Shown piece by piece: positions 25,880 to 35,883 of a stretch of 64,000 nt of DNA; the stretch's first letter is position 1; each line of letters begins with the position of its first letter. The notes beneath the pieces are model-generated. The model was not told where the DNA came from. It was given only the letters and a program-made list of their open reading frames with translations, and made no database searches. Position numbers and translations under genes: made by a program. Source of the DNA: an uncultured Planctomycetia bacterium (GTDB lineage: Bacteria > Omnitrophota > Gorgyraeia > VGKH01 > JBHPFN01); assembly GCA_964406665.1 (NCBI GenBank), contig CAYOSQ010000002.1, forward strand, positions 3,598 to 67,597. The letters are read 5' to 3'.

Positions 25880-26560
25880 TTATGGTAAATAATGCAAGGG
25901 GTTATATGGCCGATCTTTTTTTCTTACTTCAAAATGTAAATAGCTAGTCCGAGAACTACCGCCACCAGATTTTGCTATTGTCATTCCTTGAGTTATATAG
26001 TCTTTTGAATTTACAAGGATCTCCGAATTGTTCGTATATACAGTTGAAAGGTCGTCATCGTGTTCTATGATAATACTTTTTCCATATCCTTTTATTTCTC
26101 CACAAAAAGATGCTTTTCCGCTTTTTGCAGCGCGAATGTTTTCTTTTGGATTTATTTTAATGTTGATTCCGTTATTTTTTCTTTCATTGAACTTTTGGCC
26201 AAAATATGAAATGATTTTTCCTTTTATTGGCCAGATAAAGCGTTCTTCTTTTGATGTTTTCGTTGATACAGCCAAGAGCATTTTTTGATCTTTTGCTTTA
26301 GGAATAAATATAAGCTGACCTTTTTTTATTTTTGCCGCATCAGGAATGCGATTTACCTTGATTAATTCATCTAGCTCTACTCCATAGGTTTTAGAGATTC
26401 TCCAGAGTGTTTCGCTTGCTCCCACCTTATGATAAATTCCTGGAATGGTTCTATCAGGTCGTCTCGATGTTTTAGGCGGGCTAACAACAGTTTGGCTTAC
26501 ACAGGAAAATAAGTGTAGTGTTATTAGTGGAAGCAAAAATATTCTTAAATTATTTTTCAT
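25880..26560 (-). CDS. LysM/M23 lipoprotein (NlpD-like, degenerate active site)
   Basis: Lipobox LFSC, LysM (ETLWRISK.YGV), FIWP..G, NNGINI in place of HxGxD, LHFEVR. Confidence 0.85.
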   Translation of the reverse strand: MKNNLRIFLLPLITLHLFSCVSQTVVSPPKTSRRPDRTIPGIYHKVGASETLWRISKTYGVELDELIKVNRIPDAAKIKKGQLIFIPKAKDQKMLLAVSTKTSKEERFIWPIKGKIISYFGQKFNERKNNGINIKINPKENIRAAKSGKASFCGEIKGYGKSIIIEHDDDLSTVYTNNSEILVNSKDYITQGMTIAKSGGGSSRTSYLHFEVRKKDRPYNPLHYLP

Positions 26561-26574
26561 CTTTATACATTAAA

Positions 26575-26645
26575 AGCGAGCGAGGGGAATCGAACCCCCC
26601 CGTTCAGCTTGGGAAGCTGATGTTCTACCACTAAACTACGCTCGC
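26575..26645 (-). tRNA. tRNA-Gly (CCC), CCA not encoded
   Basis: Cloverleaf GCGAGCG..TAGTTTAGTGGTAGAAC..TCAGC-TTCCCAA-GCTGA..GGTTCGATTCC..CGCTCGC-T. Confidence 0.95.
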
Positions 26646-27932
26646 ATCGAGTTCTTTCAAGCTTTCTTCAATAATCTTAATTGAGCAGTACTCGCCACAC
26701 ATTGAGCACGTGTTCATCTTATTAGCTTTGATTGAATCCCTGTATTCTTTGGCTTTATCAGGATCTATTGATAACCCAATTTGAGCTTTCCAGTCTCTAT
26801 TCTTTCTTGAAGTTGAAATAGCTTTATCCCATAAAATTTCTTTTTTTGAATTCTTTACTAGGTCAGCGGCATGGCCTGCGATTCTACTGGCAATTAATCC
26901 TTCTTTTACGTCCTCTAAGGTTGGTAGTCTTAGGTGTTCTGCTGGAGTTACGTAACAAAGAAAATCCGCTCCGTGGCTAGCTGCTATGGCACCACCGATT
27001 GCAGCTGAAATATGGTCATAACCAGGGGCAACATCAGTAACCAATGGTCCTAAAACATAAAATGGTGCTCCGTCGCAAAGTTTTTTCTCAAGAATAATAT
27101 TTGCAGCAATTTCGTTGATTGGTATATGCCCAGGCCCTTCAATCATTACTTGAACACCTTTTTTTCGGGCAAGCCTACCCAATTTTCCTAAAAGACTCAG
27201 CTCCTTAAATTGAAGTGAATCAGATGAATCTAAAATAGTTCCTGGCCTTAAGGCATCGCCTAAGCTTAGGGTTATGTCGTACTCCTTGGCAATATCTATA
27301 ATCTTGTCAAAGTGTTCATAGAAAGGATTTTCTTTATTATGGTGAGACATCCACTTTGCCATAATCGCTCCACCCCTGCTTACGATATCCAGCAATCTCT
27401 TTTTTTTCTTCAGTTCTTTTACGTTTTCAAGCGTAACCCCACAATGAATTGTAAAGAAATCAATGCCATCTTCTGCATGCGATCTAAGGACAGCAAGAAT
27501 ATCATCAATGTTCATTTCTAAAAAAGAAGAATTCTTTCTTTGGACCTTTGTTGCGGCTTCATAGATTGGAACTGTACCTATGGGAATCGGAGATTCTTTG
27601 ACGATGGCTTTGCGGATATTTTTTAGGTTGCCACCCACGCTTAAATCCATCACTGTATCTGCTTTATATTTAACAGCAATTTCCAGTTTTTTTAATTCAT
27701 CATCGATTTTAGATTTATCAGTTGATGTGCCGAGATTCACGTTTACTTTAGTTTTGAGGCCAAGCCCAATTCCGCAAGGGTTGCTTAAATCATGAATTCT
27801 GTTTTTAGGAATAACAATTTTTCCCTGAGCAATCTTTTGCAACAAGAATTCCTTGGAAACATTTTCTTTCTTTGCAACTTGGGAAATCTCGGAAGTGATT
27901 TTTGATTTTTTTGCTGATTCTAAAAGCGTCAT
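26631..27932 (-). CDS. thiC: Phosphomethylpyrimidine synthase
   Basis: TKVN.NLGTS, GTVPIYE, VSRGG, SLGDALRPG, EGPGH, CYVTPAEHL, CSMCGEYC. Confidence 0.96.
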   Translation of the reverse strand: MTLLESAKKSKITSEISQVAKKENVSKEFLLQKIAQGKIVIPKNRIHDLSNPCGIGLGLKTKVNVNLGTSTDKSKIDDELKKLEIAVKYKADTVMDLSVGGNLKNIRKAIVKESPIPIGTVPIYEAATKVQRKNSSFLEMNIDDILAVLRSHAEDGIDFFTIHCGVTLENVKELKKKKRLLDIVSRGGAIMAKWMSHHNKENPFYEHFDKIIDIAKEYDITLSLGDALRPGTILDSSDSLQFKELSLLGKLGRLARKKGVQVMIEGPGHIPINEIAANIILEKKLCDGAPFYVLGPLVTDVAPGYDHISAAIGGAIAASHGADFLCYVTPAEHLRLPTLEDVKEGLIASRIAGHAADLVKNSKKEILWDKAISTSRKNRDWKAQIGLSIDPDKAKEYRDSIKANKMNTCSMCGEYCSIKIIEESLKELDASVV

Positions 27933-28366
27933 TTTTTTAACCTATTTCTCATAGTTTTTTGTTCAAGAGAGTATATTCTATAGCGTAAGTCTTTAAATTT
28001 TTCTGCAATGTTTTTATCTATAACTTTAAAAAATTCTTCTATCACGCGTATGGATTCTTTGGATCTTTGAATATTAGCTAAAAATATATCAGAAGTATTT
28101 TTTCTATTAAACTCAATAGCATTAGATGGCCTGCCCACATCCTTTTTTACGTCTCTTGATTTTAGAAGCGCATTAGTTGTAAAGGGAGCTTGTTTTATCA
28201 GGTCCGTGACTCTATGTCGTATGGTCTTAAATTCTTTTGTTGAGTAGCTATTATTAGAAAAAAACCTAACTTCATCTTCACAAACTCTAAGGCCTTCTTT
28301 TACTCTGTTTACGTTTGCATCAATGATTCTTAAAATCTTTTTATTAAAATTATCTTTTTTTTCCAT
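27929..28366 (-). CDS. ThiD2 family protein (N-terminal domain of cyanobacterial-type ThiE)
   Basis: RIIDAN.NR..EGLRV.ED, SRD...DVG, AN.QR..ES.RV.EE, RY..Y.LE. Confidence 0.85.
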   Translation of the reverse strand: MEKKDNFNKKILRIIDANVNRVKEGLRVCEDEVRFFSNNSYSTKEFKTIRHRVTDLIKQAPFTTNALLKSRDVKKDVGRPSNAIEFNRKNTSDIFLANIQRSKESIRVIEEFFKVIDKNIAEKFKDLRYRIYSLEQKTMRNRLKK

Positions 28367-28844
28367 ATCGTTTAAGAATAATATTTATTGTTTTTGAAGT
28401 TGAGCGGTTCTTAAGCAAGGGGACAGTTAGTACCCTACCTCCTTTAGATTTAACTGCAGCAGAGCCAACTATTGAATTTTTTTTCCAATCAGCTCCCTTT
28501 ATGAGAATATCAGGATTTAATTTTTGGATTAATTTTAATGGTGTTGATTCATTAAAAAACACAACATAATCAACGCAGTTCAGCGCAGCCAGCACTACTG
28601 CTCTATCTGCTCCAGGCATAATTGGTCTAAGAGTTCCCTTTATTTTTTTTACAGACCTGTCGCTATTTATTCCAATAATTAGAATATTGCCTTTTTCTTT
28701 TGCAGCTTCGAGATAGTTAATATGACCGGCATGTAAAATATCAAAACATCCATTTGTGAATACAACTTTTTTTCTAATTTTTTTAAGTCGAGACACTAAC
28801 GCTTTTAACTCGCCTTGAGTCTTTATTTTATTTCTACTTTTCAT
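28350..28844 (-). CDS. rfaE2: D-glycero-beta-D-manno-heptose 1-phosphate adenylyltransferase
   Basis: VFTNGCFDILHAGH, NSD.SV...KG..RP, KGADW. Confidence 0.93.
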   Translation of the reverse strand: MKSRNKIKTQGELKALVSRLKKIRKKVVFTNGCFDILHAGHINYLEAAKEKGNILIIGINSDRSVKKIKGTLRPIMPGADRAVVLAALNCVDYVVFFNESTPLKLIQKLNPDILIKGADWKKNSIVGSAAVKSKGGRVLTVPLLKNRSTSKTINIILKRYGKKR

Positions 28845-29413
28845 TTTTCGGTAAGTTTTTCTTCGGCAAGTTCACATATAATGTGGCCGATGATGATATG
28901 TGCCTCTTGGATTCTGGCGGTTATCTCAGATGGAATGTTAAGGCTTATATCAGCTTGTTTAGAGAGGCTTCCTCCTTCGGCACCTACAAATCCGATAGTT
29001 TTTATGCCAATATCTTTTGCTTTTTTGATTCCCTCAATTACGCTTTCAGCATTTCCGCTGGTGGAGATCCCGATTACGATATCTTTTGGGTTTGCTAGAG
29101 CTTCAATCTGTTTAGAAAAAACTTGATTATAGCCAAAGTCATTAGCGATAGCAGTGATTATTGAGGTGTTTACAGTAAGAGCAATGGCTGGCAGTGCCTG
29201 ACGATTCTTCTTAAACCGTCCGACAAATTCTGCTGCGATATGCTGGCTATCGGCAGCGGAGCCTCCATTTCCAAAAATGATAAGTTTTCCGCCCTTTTGC
29301 AAAGAGTCAATTATTACATCTGAGATAGCCATAATTGTGTCTATCTGGGAATCAAGGATGGTTTTATTTATTGAGATTGAATCTTCGAGAACCTGTTTAA
29401 TTTTATCTTTCAT
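28841..29413 (-). CDS. gmhA: Phosphoheptose isomerase
   Basis: GNGGSAADSQH.AAE, ANDFG, STSGN, RIQEAH. Confidence 0.96.
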   Translation of the reverse strand: MKDKIKQVLEDSISINKTILDSQIDTIMAISDVIIDSLQKGGKLIIFGNGGSAADSQHIAAEFVGRFKKNRQALPAIALTVNTSIITAIANDFGYNQVFSKQIEALANPKDIVIGISTSGNAESVIEGIKKAKDIGIKTIGFVGAEGGSLSKQADISLNIPSEITARIQEAHIIIGHIICELAEEKLTEK

Positions 29414-29415
29414 GA

Positions 29416-30447
29416 TTATCCGAAAAATATCTTTGCCATTTCATAAAGTTTCATATCGACTGTCTTAAGTTTTTCTACAGTTCCTACGATTTTTACTGAG
29501 CCGATATCTTTTCCGTTTAGGCTAACCATTTGACCGAATTTCTTCTTTTTTATTAACTCAATGGCTTTTACCCCAAAGCGGGTTCCTAGGATTCTATCGT
29601 ATGCTGTAGGAGAGCCACCTCTTTGGATATGGCCTAGTACGCTTACTCTTGTTTCAATGCCGATTTTATCTTCAATCATTTTTCCTAGCTGATCTCCGAT
29701 TCCACCAAGCCTAACGTGTCCAAAGGCATCTAGCTTTTCTTCTTGTTTTGCAAAAACACCTTTTTTGAACTGAGCTCCTTCTGACACAACTACGATGCTA
29801 AAGTTTTTACCTCTTTTATGACGTTTTTTTAGTGAGCTGCAGACAAAATCAAAATCAATATATTTTTCTGGAATTAATATCATATCTGCGCCACCAGCAA
29901 TACCGGAAAAAGTAGCTATCCAGCCAGCATGTCTACCCATAACTTCAACTACCATAATTCTATGGTGGCTTTCTGCTGTTGTATGCAATCTGTCTATGCA
30001 TTCTGTTGCAATGTTAACAGCTGTGTCAAATCCGAATGTATAGTCTGTTCCGGAAAGGTCATTATCGATGGTTTTAGGCACGCCAACTACGTTTAATCCT
30101 TTCTTAACAAGTTTAGCAGCTACGCCAAGCGTATCTTCGCCACCAATAGCTATGAGAGCATTAAGTTTAAGCTTTTTGTAGTTAGCAATAACTTTTTTGA
30201 CGTCTTTTTCTTTTTTGAATGGATTTGTTCTGCTGGTTCCCAGGATTGTGCCACCTTTATGAAGTATGCCGGAAGCCTTTCTTAAATTGAGAGGTTCAGC
30301 AATATTTGCAACCAATCCTTTCCAGCCATTTTTTATTCCGATTATCTCGTAGCCTTCTTGGTCACCTTTTCTTACCACAGCTCTTATAACCGCATTTAAT
30401 CCCGGGCAATCACCACCGCCAGTAAGTATTCCTATTCTTTTTGCCAT
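29416..30447 (-). CDS. pfkA: 6-phosphofructokinase
   Basis: TGGGDCPGLN, GGTILGTSR, GGEDT, PKTIDND, EVMGRHAG, LGHIQRGG. Confidence 0.95.
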   Translation of the reverse strand: MAKRIGILTGGGDCPGLNAVIRAVVRKGDQEGYEIIGIKNGWKGLVANIAEPLNLRKASGILHKGGTILGTSRTNPFKKEKDVKKVIANYKKLKLNALIAIGGEDTLGVAAKLVKKGLNVVGVPKTIDNDLSGTDYTFGFDTAVNIATECIDRLHTTAESHHRIMVVEVMGRHAGWIATFSGIAGGADMILIPEKYIDFDFVCSSLKKRHKRGKNFSIVVVSEGAQFKKGVFAKQEEKLDAFGHVRLGGIGDQLGKMIEDKIGIETRVSVLGHIQRGGSPTAYDRILGTRFGVKAIELIKKKKFGQMVSLNGKDIGSVKIVGTVEKLKTVDMKLYEMAKIFFG

Positions 30448-30468
30448 TTTTTAATCCCCCTTTTTATT

Positions 30469-31083
30469 TTAGAAATTTTGAAATGGAACCGTTGGTTCTT
30501 CTAATTTTTCTTCTTCTGATTCTTTCTTTCTCTTTGGTTTCGTTTCTTTGGTTTCGTAGGAAATAATCTTTGAGATATGAACAAAAACTGTTATCTCTTC
30601 ATCAACACCTAAGATTTCCTGAACCTTGCTTTTTATCAGCTCTTGAATTCTTAAAGTCAAATCAGGAATATTTGTTTCAGTCTTAAGTATAAGTCTTAGA
30701 TCTATCTGAATACCCTTTTTAGAAACTATTACATTTGGTCTTAATTCTTTAATTTCTGTAATGGGAGACGTTAGTTTTCTAACTAAGTCTTCTACGGCAG
30801 AAAGAGAAACTGTTACTCTGCCAGACGGATTATTGAAAGCAATTGTTTTTTCTTTCTGCATCCTACCAAGGATTACTTGTGCAAAGGAAAGGCTTACCAA
30901 AATAAGAAGAGCTCCGATTAGTCCTATGATAGAGCGTAAATTTATATCTGAATATCCCACATCAAGCAGGTTTATTATATCTGCTAAAGGAATTAAATGC
31001 ATAGCAAATCCAATTATTGCCATTCCAAAAAAACATAAAACTAGGGCATAAAAAAATATGCCGAAAGTTGTAAAAAGTTTCAT
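30469..31083 (-). CDS. amaP: AmaP-like membrane anchor protein
   Basis: Two TM helices, then G.V.VSL.AVEDL Asp23-like domain; adjacent to the Asp23 gene. Confidence 0.75.
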   Translation of the reverse strand: MKLFTTFGIFFYALVLCFFGMAIIGFAMHLIPLADIINLLDVGYSDINLRSIIGLIGALLILVSLSFAQVILGRMQKEKTIAFNNPSGRVTVSLSAVEDLVRKLTSPITEIKELRPNVIVSKKGIQIDLRLILKTETNIPDLTLRIQELIKSKVQEILGVDEEITVFVHISKIISYETKETKPKRKKESEEEKLEEPTVPFQNF

Positions 31084-31086
31084 AGG

Positions 31087-31437
31087 TTACCCCCTCTCGA
31101 TACCTTGAATATCAACGTTAATATCTTTTAAGCTCATATTAGTCATTCTGTCAATCGCTGCCCTAACATTATCTTGAATCTTTATTGCGATATCAGGAAT
31201 GCTAACACCATAGCTAACTATAACCGGAATAATAATTTGAACTTCATTATCGCTATCAATGGATACCTTAATGCCGCTTAAAGAAGATTTTTTGTTTAAC
31301 AAGTTGAATACGTTATCTTTTAAACCTTTAGGAATATCTTTAACTCCTTCTACTTCTAAAGTAGCTATTGTGGCTATGGAAGCGATTACTTTTCCGTGAA
31401 TTCTCACAGCACCTAAATCTATCTTTTCATCTTTCAT
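31087..31437 (-). CDS. Asp23/Gls24 (YqhY-like) protein
   Basis: LG.V.I...VIASIA..A..EVEGV, YG.SIPD.A..IQ..V......MT..INV.IQGI. Confidence 0.9.
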   Translation of the reverse strand: MKDEKIDLGAVRIHGKVIASIATIATLEVEGVKDIPKGLKDNVFNLLNKKSSLSGIKVSIDSDNEVQIIIPVIVSYGVSIPDIAIKIQDNVRAAIDRMTNMSLKDINVDIQGIERG

Positions 31438-32799
31438 TTAAGTCTCCGCATCGTTTTTGACATTAATAATTTCTTCTATGAAATGAGTATTTATTTCGCC
31501 GCGTCTAAATAATGGGTTTTTGAAAACCTTAGAGTGAAATGGTATGGTTGTTTTAATTGGACCAACAATAAATTCTTGAAGTGCTCGTTGCATTCTAAGC
31601 AGGGCTTCCGAGCGGTCTTTTCCATGTACGATTAATTTAGCAAGAAGAGAATCATAAAATGGGCTTATTTCATAGCCGGGGTAAATATGTGTATCTAACC
31701 TAACCCCATTGCCTCCGGGAAGTATAAGATCTTTAATTCTTCCCGGACTGGGAGTAAAATCATTATCTGGGTCTTCTGCATTTATTCTGCATTCAATTGC
31801 AGCACCTTCAAGCTTTACCTCGGACTGTTTTATTACTAATTTCTCTCCGGCAGCGATTTTGATTTGTTCTTTTACAAGGTCTATTCCCGTAACCAGTTCG
31901 GTAACTGGATGTTCGACTTGAATTCTTGTATTCATTTCAATGAAATAAAATTCTCCGTTTTCATCTAGTAAGAATTCCATTGTTCCAGCGCCTTTGTAAT
32001 TTGCTGCTTTTGCTCCTTTTACAGCGAGTTCGCCAATTTCATTTCTTAGCTTACTATTTAAGGCTGTAGAGGGGGTTTCTTCGATTAATTTTTGATGCCT
32101 TCTTTGAATGCTACAATCTCTTTCGCCTAAGTGAATAATATTTCCGTAATTATCAGCAAGGATTTGGAATTCAATGTGTCTGGGGCTTGTGATGTATTTT
32201 TCTACATAAACCCCAGAATTTCCAAAGGCAGCCTCAGCTTCAGCCTGTGCAGTCATTAAAGAGCTGACAAGCCGGATATCATTGTGGCAAACTCTCATCC
32301 CTTTTCCGCCACCGCCTGCAGCAGCTTTTATGATTATTGGATACTTGATTTTCTTAGCAATTTTTAGAGCCTCGTCCTTATTTTGTATTGCCGAGGCGCT
32401 CCCCGGGACAGTAGGTAAATCCACTTTTCTCATAGTTTCGCGCGCTAATATCTTATCTCCCATCAACCTCATTGATTCTGGACTTGGACCTATGAAGGTG
32501 ATTTGACAAGATTCACAGATTTCAGCAAAGTGAGGGTTTTCAGCGAGAAATCCATATCCGGGATGAATAGCCTCTACATCGGTTATCTCTGCTGCAGAAA
32601 TAATAGCCGGGATATTTAAATAGCTTTCTGAACTTAGGGATTTTCCAATACATACGGCTTCATCAGCAAGGTTAACGTGTAGTGAATTTCTATCAGATTC
32701 CGAATAGACAGCAACAGTTGCAATATTTAATTCTTTGCAAGCTCGAATTACTCGTAATGCTATTTCGCCTCTATTGGCTATAAGAATTTTAGAAAACAT
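31438..32799 (-). CDS. accC: Biotin carboxylase
   Basis: [45 protein letters not shown]. Confidence 0.97.
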   Translation of the reverse strand: MFSKILIANRGEIALRVIRACKELNIATVAVYSESDRNSLHVNLADEAVCIGKSLSSESYLNIPAIISAAEITDVEAIHPGYGFLAENPHFAEICESCQITFIGPSPESMRLMGDKILARETMRKVDLPTVPGSASAIQNKDEALKIAKKIKYPIIIKAAAGGGGKGMRVCHNDIRLVSSLMTAQAEAEAAFGNSGVYVEKYITSPRHIEFQILADNYGNIIHLGERDCSIQRRHQKLIEETPSTALNSKLRNEIGELAVKGAKAANYKGAGTMEFLLDENGEFYFIEMNTRIQVEHPVTELVTGIDLVKEQIKIAAGEKLVIKQSEVKLEGAAIECRINAEDPDNDFTPSPGRIKDLILPGGNGVRLDTHIYPGYEISPFYDSLLAKLIVHGKDRSEALLRMQRALQEFIVGPIKTTIPFHSKVFKNPLFRRGEINTHFIEEIINVKNDAET

Positions 32800-32801
32800 T
32801 T

Positions 32802-33263
32802 TTATGCAGGCTCAATTAAAAATAAGGGTTGTCCGAACTCAACAGGTTCACCATTTTCTACCAATACTTCAACGATTTTTCCTTTGGCCTCAGATTTTAT
32901 TTCATTCATAAGTTTCATTGCTTCGATTATGCAGACCACTTGACCTATTTCAACTCCTTGATTTACATCAACAAAAGGCTCAGCATCTGGAGTCGGTGCC
33001 CTATAAAACGTTCCTACCATAGGAGATTTTATCTCAACAGTTTTAGAGGATGATGTTTTTTCAGGTGTAGATTCAGGTTGGGCAGTGGGCGCTGGATGAG
33101 CATTCTGTTCAAATTTGTACTCAGGTATAATCCTAACTTTCTCAGAAGAATCATCCGTTTCTTTTTTAAGTCTTATTTTTGCACCTTCACGTTCAATCTC
33201 TATTTCTTTCAGACCGTTTTCGTTCATTAGGTTGATAATTTCTTTAATTTCTTTAAGATTCAT
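32802..33263 (-). CDS. accB: Biotin carboxyl carrier protein
   Basis: [16 protein letters not shown]. Confidence 0.97.
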   Translation of the reverse strand: MNLKEIKEIINLMNENGLKEIEIEREGAKIRLKKETDDSSEKVRIIPEYKFEQNAHPAPTAQPESTPEKTSSSKTVEIKSPMVGTFYRAPTPDAEPFVDVNQGVEIGQVVCIIEAMKLMNEIKSEAKGKIVEVLVENGEPVEFGQPLFLIEPA

Positions 33264-33286
33264 TTAATCTTCCTTTCTGAAAAATC

Positions 33287-33847
33287 TTATACACGGGATA
33301 AGTATTCGCTGGTTCTAGTATCTACTTTTACAGTGTCACCCTCAGAAATAAAAAGCGGAACTTGAATTACTGCTCCTGTCTCGATAGTGGCCGGTTTAGT
33401 TGCGCCTTTAGCTGTGTCTCCTCTAATGCCTGGTTCTGTATGAGTAATTTTAAAATTAATTGAATTAGGGAGGTTGATTCTAAGCAGTTCATTCTCATAG
33501 AACAACGCAGTTACATCAAGGTCATCTTTAAGAAATTTTATATTATCATTTATATCTTTTTCAGAAAGCGTAGATTCTTCAAATGAATTTTGATCCATAA
33601 AATGAAATTCGTCGCTAGTTCTGTATAGGTAGCGGAGCGTCTTCTCATCGATGAAAGCTTCAGTAATTTTATCATCAGATTTTAAGGTTCTTTCTAAAAC
33701 TGCGTCAGTTTTAAGATTCTTTAGCTTTATTCTGACGAAGGCGCTTCCCTTTCCAGGCTTTACATGTTGATATTCAACTATTGAAAAAATATTATTGTCC
33801 ATGAGAATGGTAAGCCCAGTTTTAATTTGGTTTATTGATATTGGCAC
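33287..33847 (-). CDS. efp: Elongation factor P
   Basis: HVKPGKG.AFVR, PG.RGDT, KPA..ETG, VPLFI. Confidence 0.97.
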   Translation of the reverse strand: MPISINQIKTGLTILMDNNIFSIVEYQHVKPGKGSAFVRIKLKNLKTDAVLERTLKSDDKITEAFIDEKTLRYLYRTSDEFHFMDQNSFEESTLSEKDINDNIKFLKDDLDVTALFYENELLRINLPNSINFKITHTEPGIRGDTAKGATKPATIETGAVIQVPLFISEGDTVKVDTRTSEYLSRV

Positions 33848-34883
33848 TTAAAACCTCGCATCCGTTGTCGGTAACTAAAACCATATCTTCAAGTCTTATT
33901 CCAAACTTGTTAGAAATATAAACTGCCGGCTCAACAGTAATGATCATTCCGGCAGTTAATTCAGATTTATTTTTTGAAGATATTGACGGTATTTCGTGAG
34001 TATTTCTACCCACGCCATGCCCAAGAGCATGTCCGAAATATTTTCCTAAGCCTTTGCTTTTAATATAATTACGAGCTACTCTATCGATTTCGCTGATTGG
34101 GACGCCTGCTTTAATTTTATTTATTGCTTTTTCTTGTGCTTCTAAGACAATATTATAGATGTTTGAAACAACAGAGGGTATTTTACCCAAAAAATATACC
34201 CTTGTCAAGTCGGATTTATATCCTAAAAAATCAATGCCGATATCGACGACAATAGGCTCTTTTTCCGCGATAGTTTTTTTGGTAATTGGAGCATGAGGTA
34301 AAGCAGAGTTTTTCCCTGATGCGATTATGGGTTCAAAGGCATAGCTGCAGCCTTTAGATTTTAGAAAGTTGCTTAGAGCAATTTCGACAGCCGATTCTTT
34401 TACGCCTATTTTAATTGTCTTTTTTAGGAAAGCAAAAGCCTGTTTGGTTAAAGTTATTGCTTGCTTCACTTTTTTTAATTCTTCGTCGGATTTTATTTGG
34501 CGCAGAATTTCTACATAATCAAAAGTAGAGATAAATTTTATACTTTTACTAAGATACTTTTTTATAAAGACATATTCTGCTTGACTTAAATGCTTGCTTT
34601 CAAAACCAAGTTTTTTTACTTTGAGTTTTTTGGCTAGATTTACAACGGTTTTAAAGATCGAGCCGTTGATTTTTTGCAAGTATATATTTTTGAGCTTACT
34701 GCGCACCTCATCAATATATCTAAAGTCAGTTATGTAATAGCTGCCTTGTTTTGAAATCAATAACCAAGAATCATGCGAAGTGAAACCAGTTAGGTAGGAA
34801 ACATTGGTTTCGTCAGTTACTAATAATGCTTCCAAATTGTTTATCGAAAGCTCTTTAATTAGCTGTTTAAGCTGTTTGGTCAC
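33822..34883 (-). CDS. Xaa-Pro aminopeptidase (M24)
   Basis: YLTGF, TDFRY, SALPH, Y.SDLTR, H.LGHGVG...HE.P, TVEP.VY, GIRLED. Confidence 0.92.
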   Translation of the reverse strand: MTKQLKQLIKELSINNLEALLVTDETNVSYLTGFTSHDSWLLISKQGSYYITDFRYIDEVRSKLKNIYLQKINGSIFKTVVNLAKKLKVKKLGFESKHLSQAEYVFIKKYLSKSIKFISTFDYVEILRQIKSDEELKKVKQAITLTKQAFAFLKKTIKIGVKESAVEIALSNFLKSKGCSYAFEPIIASGKNSALPHAPITKKTIAEKEPIVVDIGIDFLGYKSDLTRVYFLGKIPSVVSNIYNIVLEAQEKAINKIKAGVPISEIDRVARNYIKSKGLGKYFGHALGHGVGRNTHEIPSISSKNKSELTAGMIITVEPAVYISNKFGIRLEDMVLVTDNGCEVLSANINKPN

Positions 34884-35320
34884 TTTTTTAAAGAATTAAT
34901 AATTGCTTTTAGGCCAAGTAGATAGCTATCCATTCCAAAGCCGCTGACTTGTCCTTTACTTACTGGAGCAATTAAGGATGTATGGCGGAATTCTTCTCGG
35001 GAGTAAATGTTGGAAAGGTGCACTTCTACTGTTGGAAGTCCGCTTGCTGAAACAGCGTCACGTATAGCAACGCTAGTATGAGTGTAAGCGGCAGGATTAA
35101 TAAGGATTGCCTTGAAATTATTTTTTTTCGCATTACCGACTAATTCAACGATTTCTCCTTCATGGCTGGATTGTTTAATCTCTAGCTCGACTTTTTCTTC
35201 TTCAGCAATTTTTGTAAGCTTATTGTTAATATCATCTAGTGAAAATTTACCGTATACCTCTGGTTCTCTATCTCCGAGGAGATTCAAATTTGGTCCATGA
35301 ATTACTAAAATTTTATCCAT
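34880..35320 (-). CDS. aroQ: Type II 3-dehydroquinate dehydratase
   Basis: [34 protein letters not shown]. Confidence 0.97.
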   Translation of the reverse strand: MDKILVIHGPNLNLLGDREPEVYGKFSLDDINNKLTKIAEEEKVELEIKQSSHEGEIVELVGNAKKNNFKAILINPAAYTHTSVAIRDAVSASGLPTVEVHLSNIYSREEFRHTSLIAPVSKGQVSGFGMDSYLLGLKAIINSLKK

Positions 35321-35347
35321 TTAAACTCCTTTTTATCGATATGGAAA

Positions 35348-35503
35348 TTATTCTTCTGCTTCGTCAATAAGCATAATCGGGATACCTTCGCGAATAGGGT
35401 ATTTCTTTTTACAGTTTTTGCAAACAATTTTTTCTTCTTTTAGTTCAACATCTGCCTTGCATGCAGGACAGGCTAAGATATCAAGAAGGTCTTTATCGAT
35501 CAT
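35348..35503 (-). CDS. Trm112-like (YcaR/UPF0434) protein, 51 aa (missing from the ORF track)
   Basis: MIDKDLLDILACPACK..IVCKNC..YPIREGIPIMLIDEA. Confidence 0.9.
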   Translation of the reverse strand: MIDKDLLDILACPACKADVELKEEKIVCKNCKKKYPIREGIPIMLIDEAEE

Positions 35504-35868
35504 TTTGCTTCCTTTCTCGATGATTTTGTTGTAAATTTCATTTTTAGTTCATATGTGATGTTGTCGAGTAAGCTTGCTTCGTCCGAGCCAAGATTTCCTA
35601 AAGTCTTATCTTTAATCATATCCAGTGTATCTATAACAAACTTTGCCTGTGCAAGGCTTTCTTCTTTTTTTCCTGAAAAAGGATTTTCCATTTCACCTAA
35701 AGCTATTAAAGCTTGAAAGCTTAGACTTGAAATAAAAGTAACAAAATTTGCCTCAGGCGGTACAAAATTAGAGTTTTCAGCTTGTTCTTTTACTGGTTCT
35801 TGTTTTTGGTTGTCTACGTTAGATTTCCAGGATTCATCGACTTTTTTTTCTTTGTTAGTTTCTTCCAT
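35500..35868 (-). CDS. DUF1844 family protein
   Basis: VDE.WK, F..FI.SL..QAL..LG...NP, A...ID.L.M...KT.GNL...E. Confidence 0.85.
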   Translation of the reverse strand: MEETNKEKKVDESWKSNVDNQKQEPVKEQAENSNFVPPEANFVTFISSLSFQALIALGEMENPFSGKKEESLAQAKFVIDTLDMIKDKTLGNLGSDEASLLDNITYELKMKFTTKSSRKEAK

Positions 35869-35883
35869 TTCATCCTCTTTCTT

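Noticed and set aside
26561-26645. tRNA-Gly as an integration site
   Set aside because: No integrase and no duplicated tRNA 3' end seen; flanking genes are housekeeping
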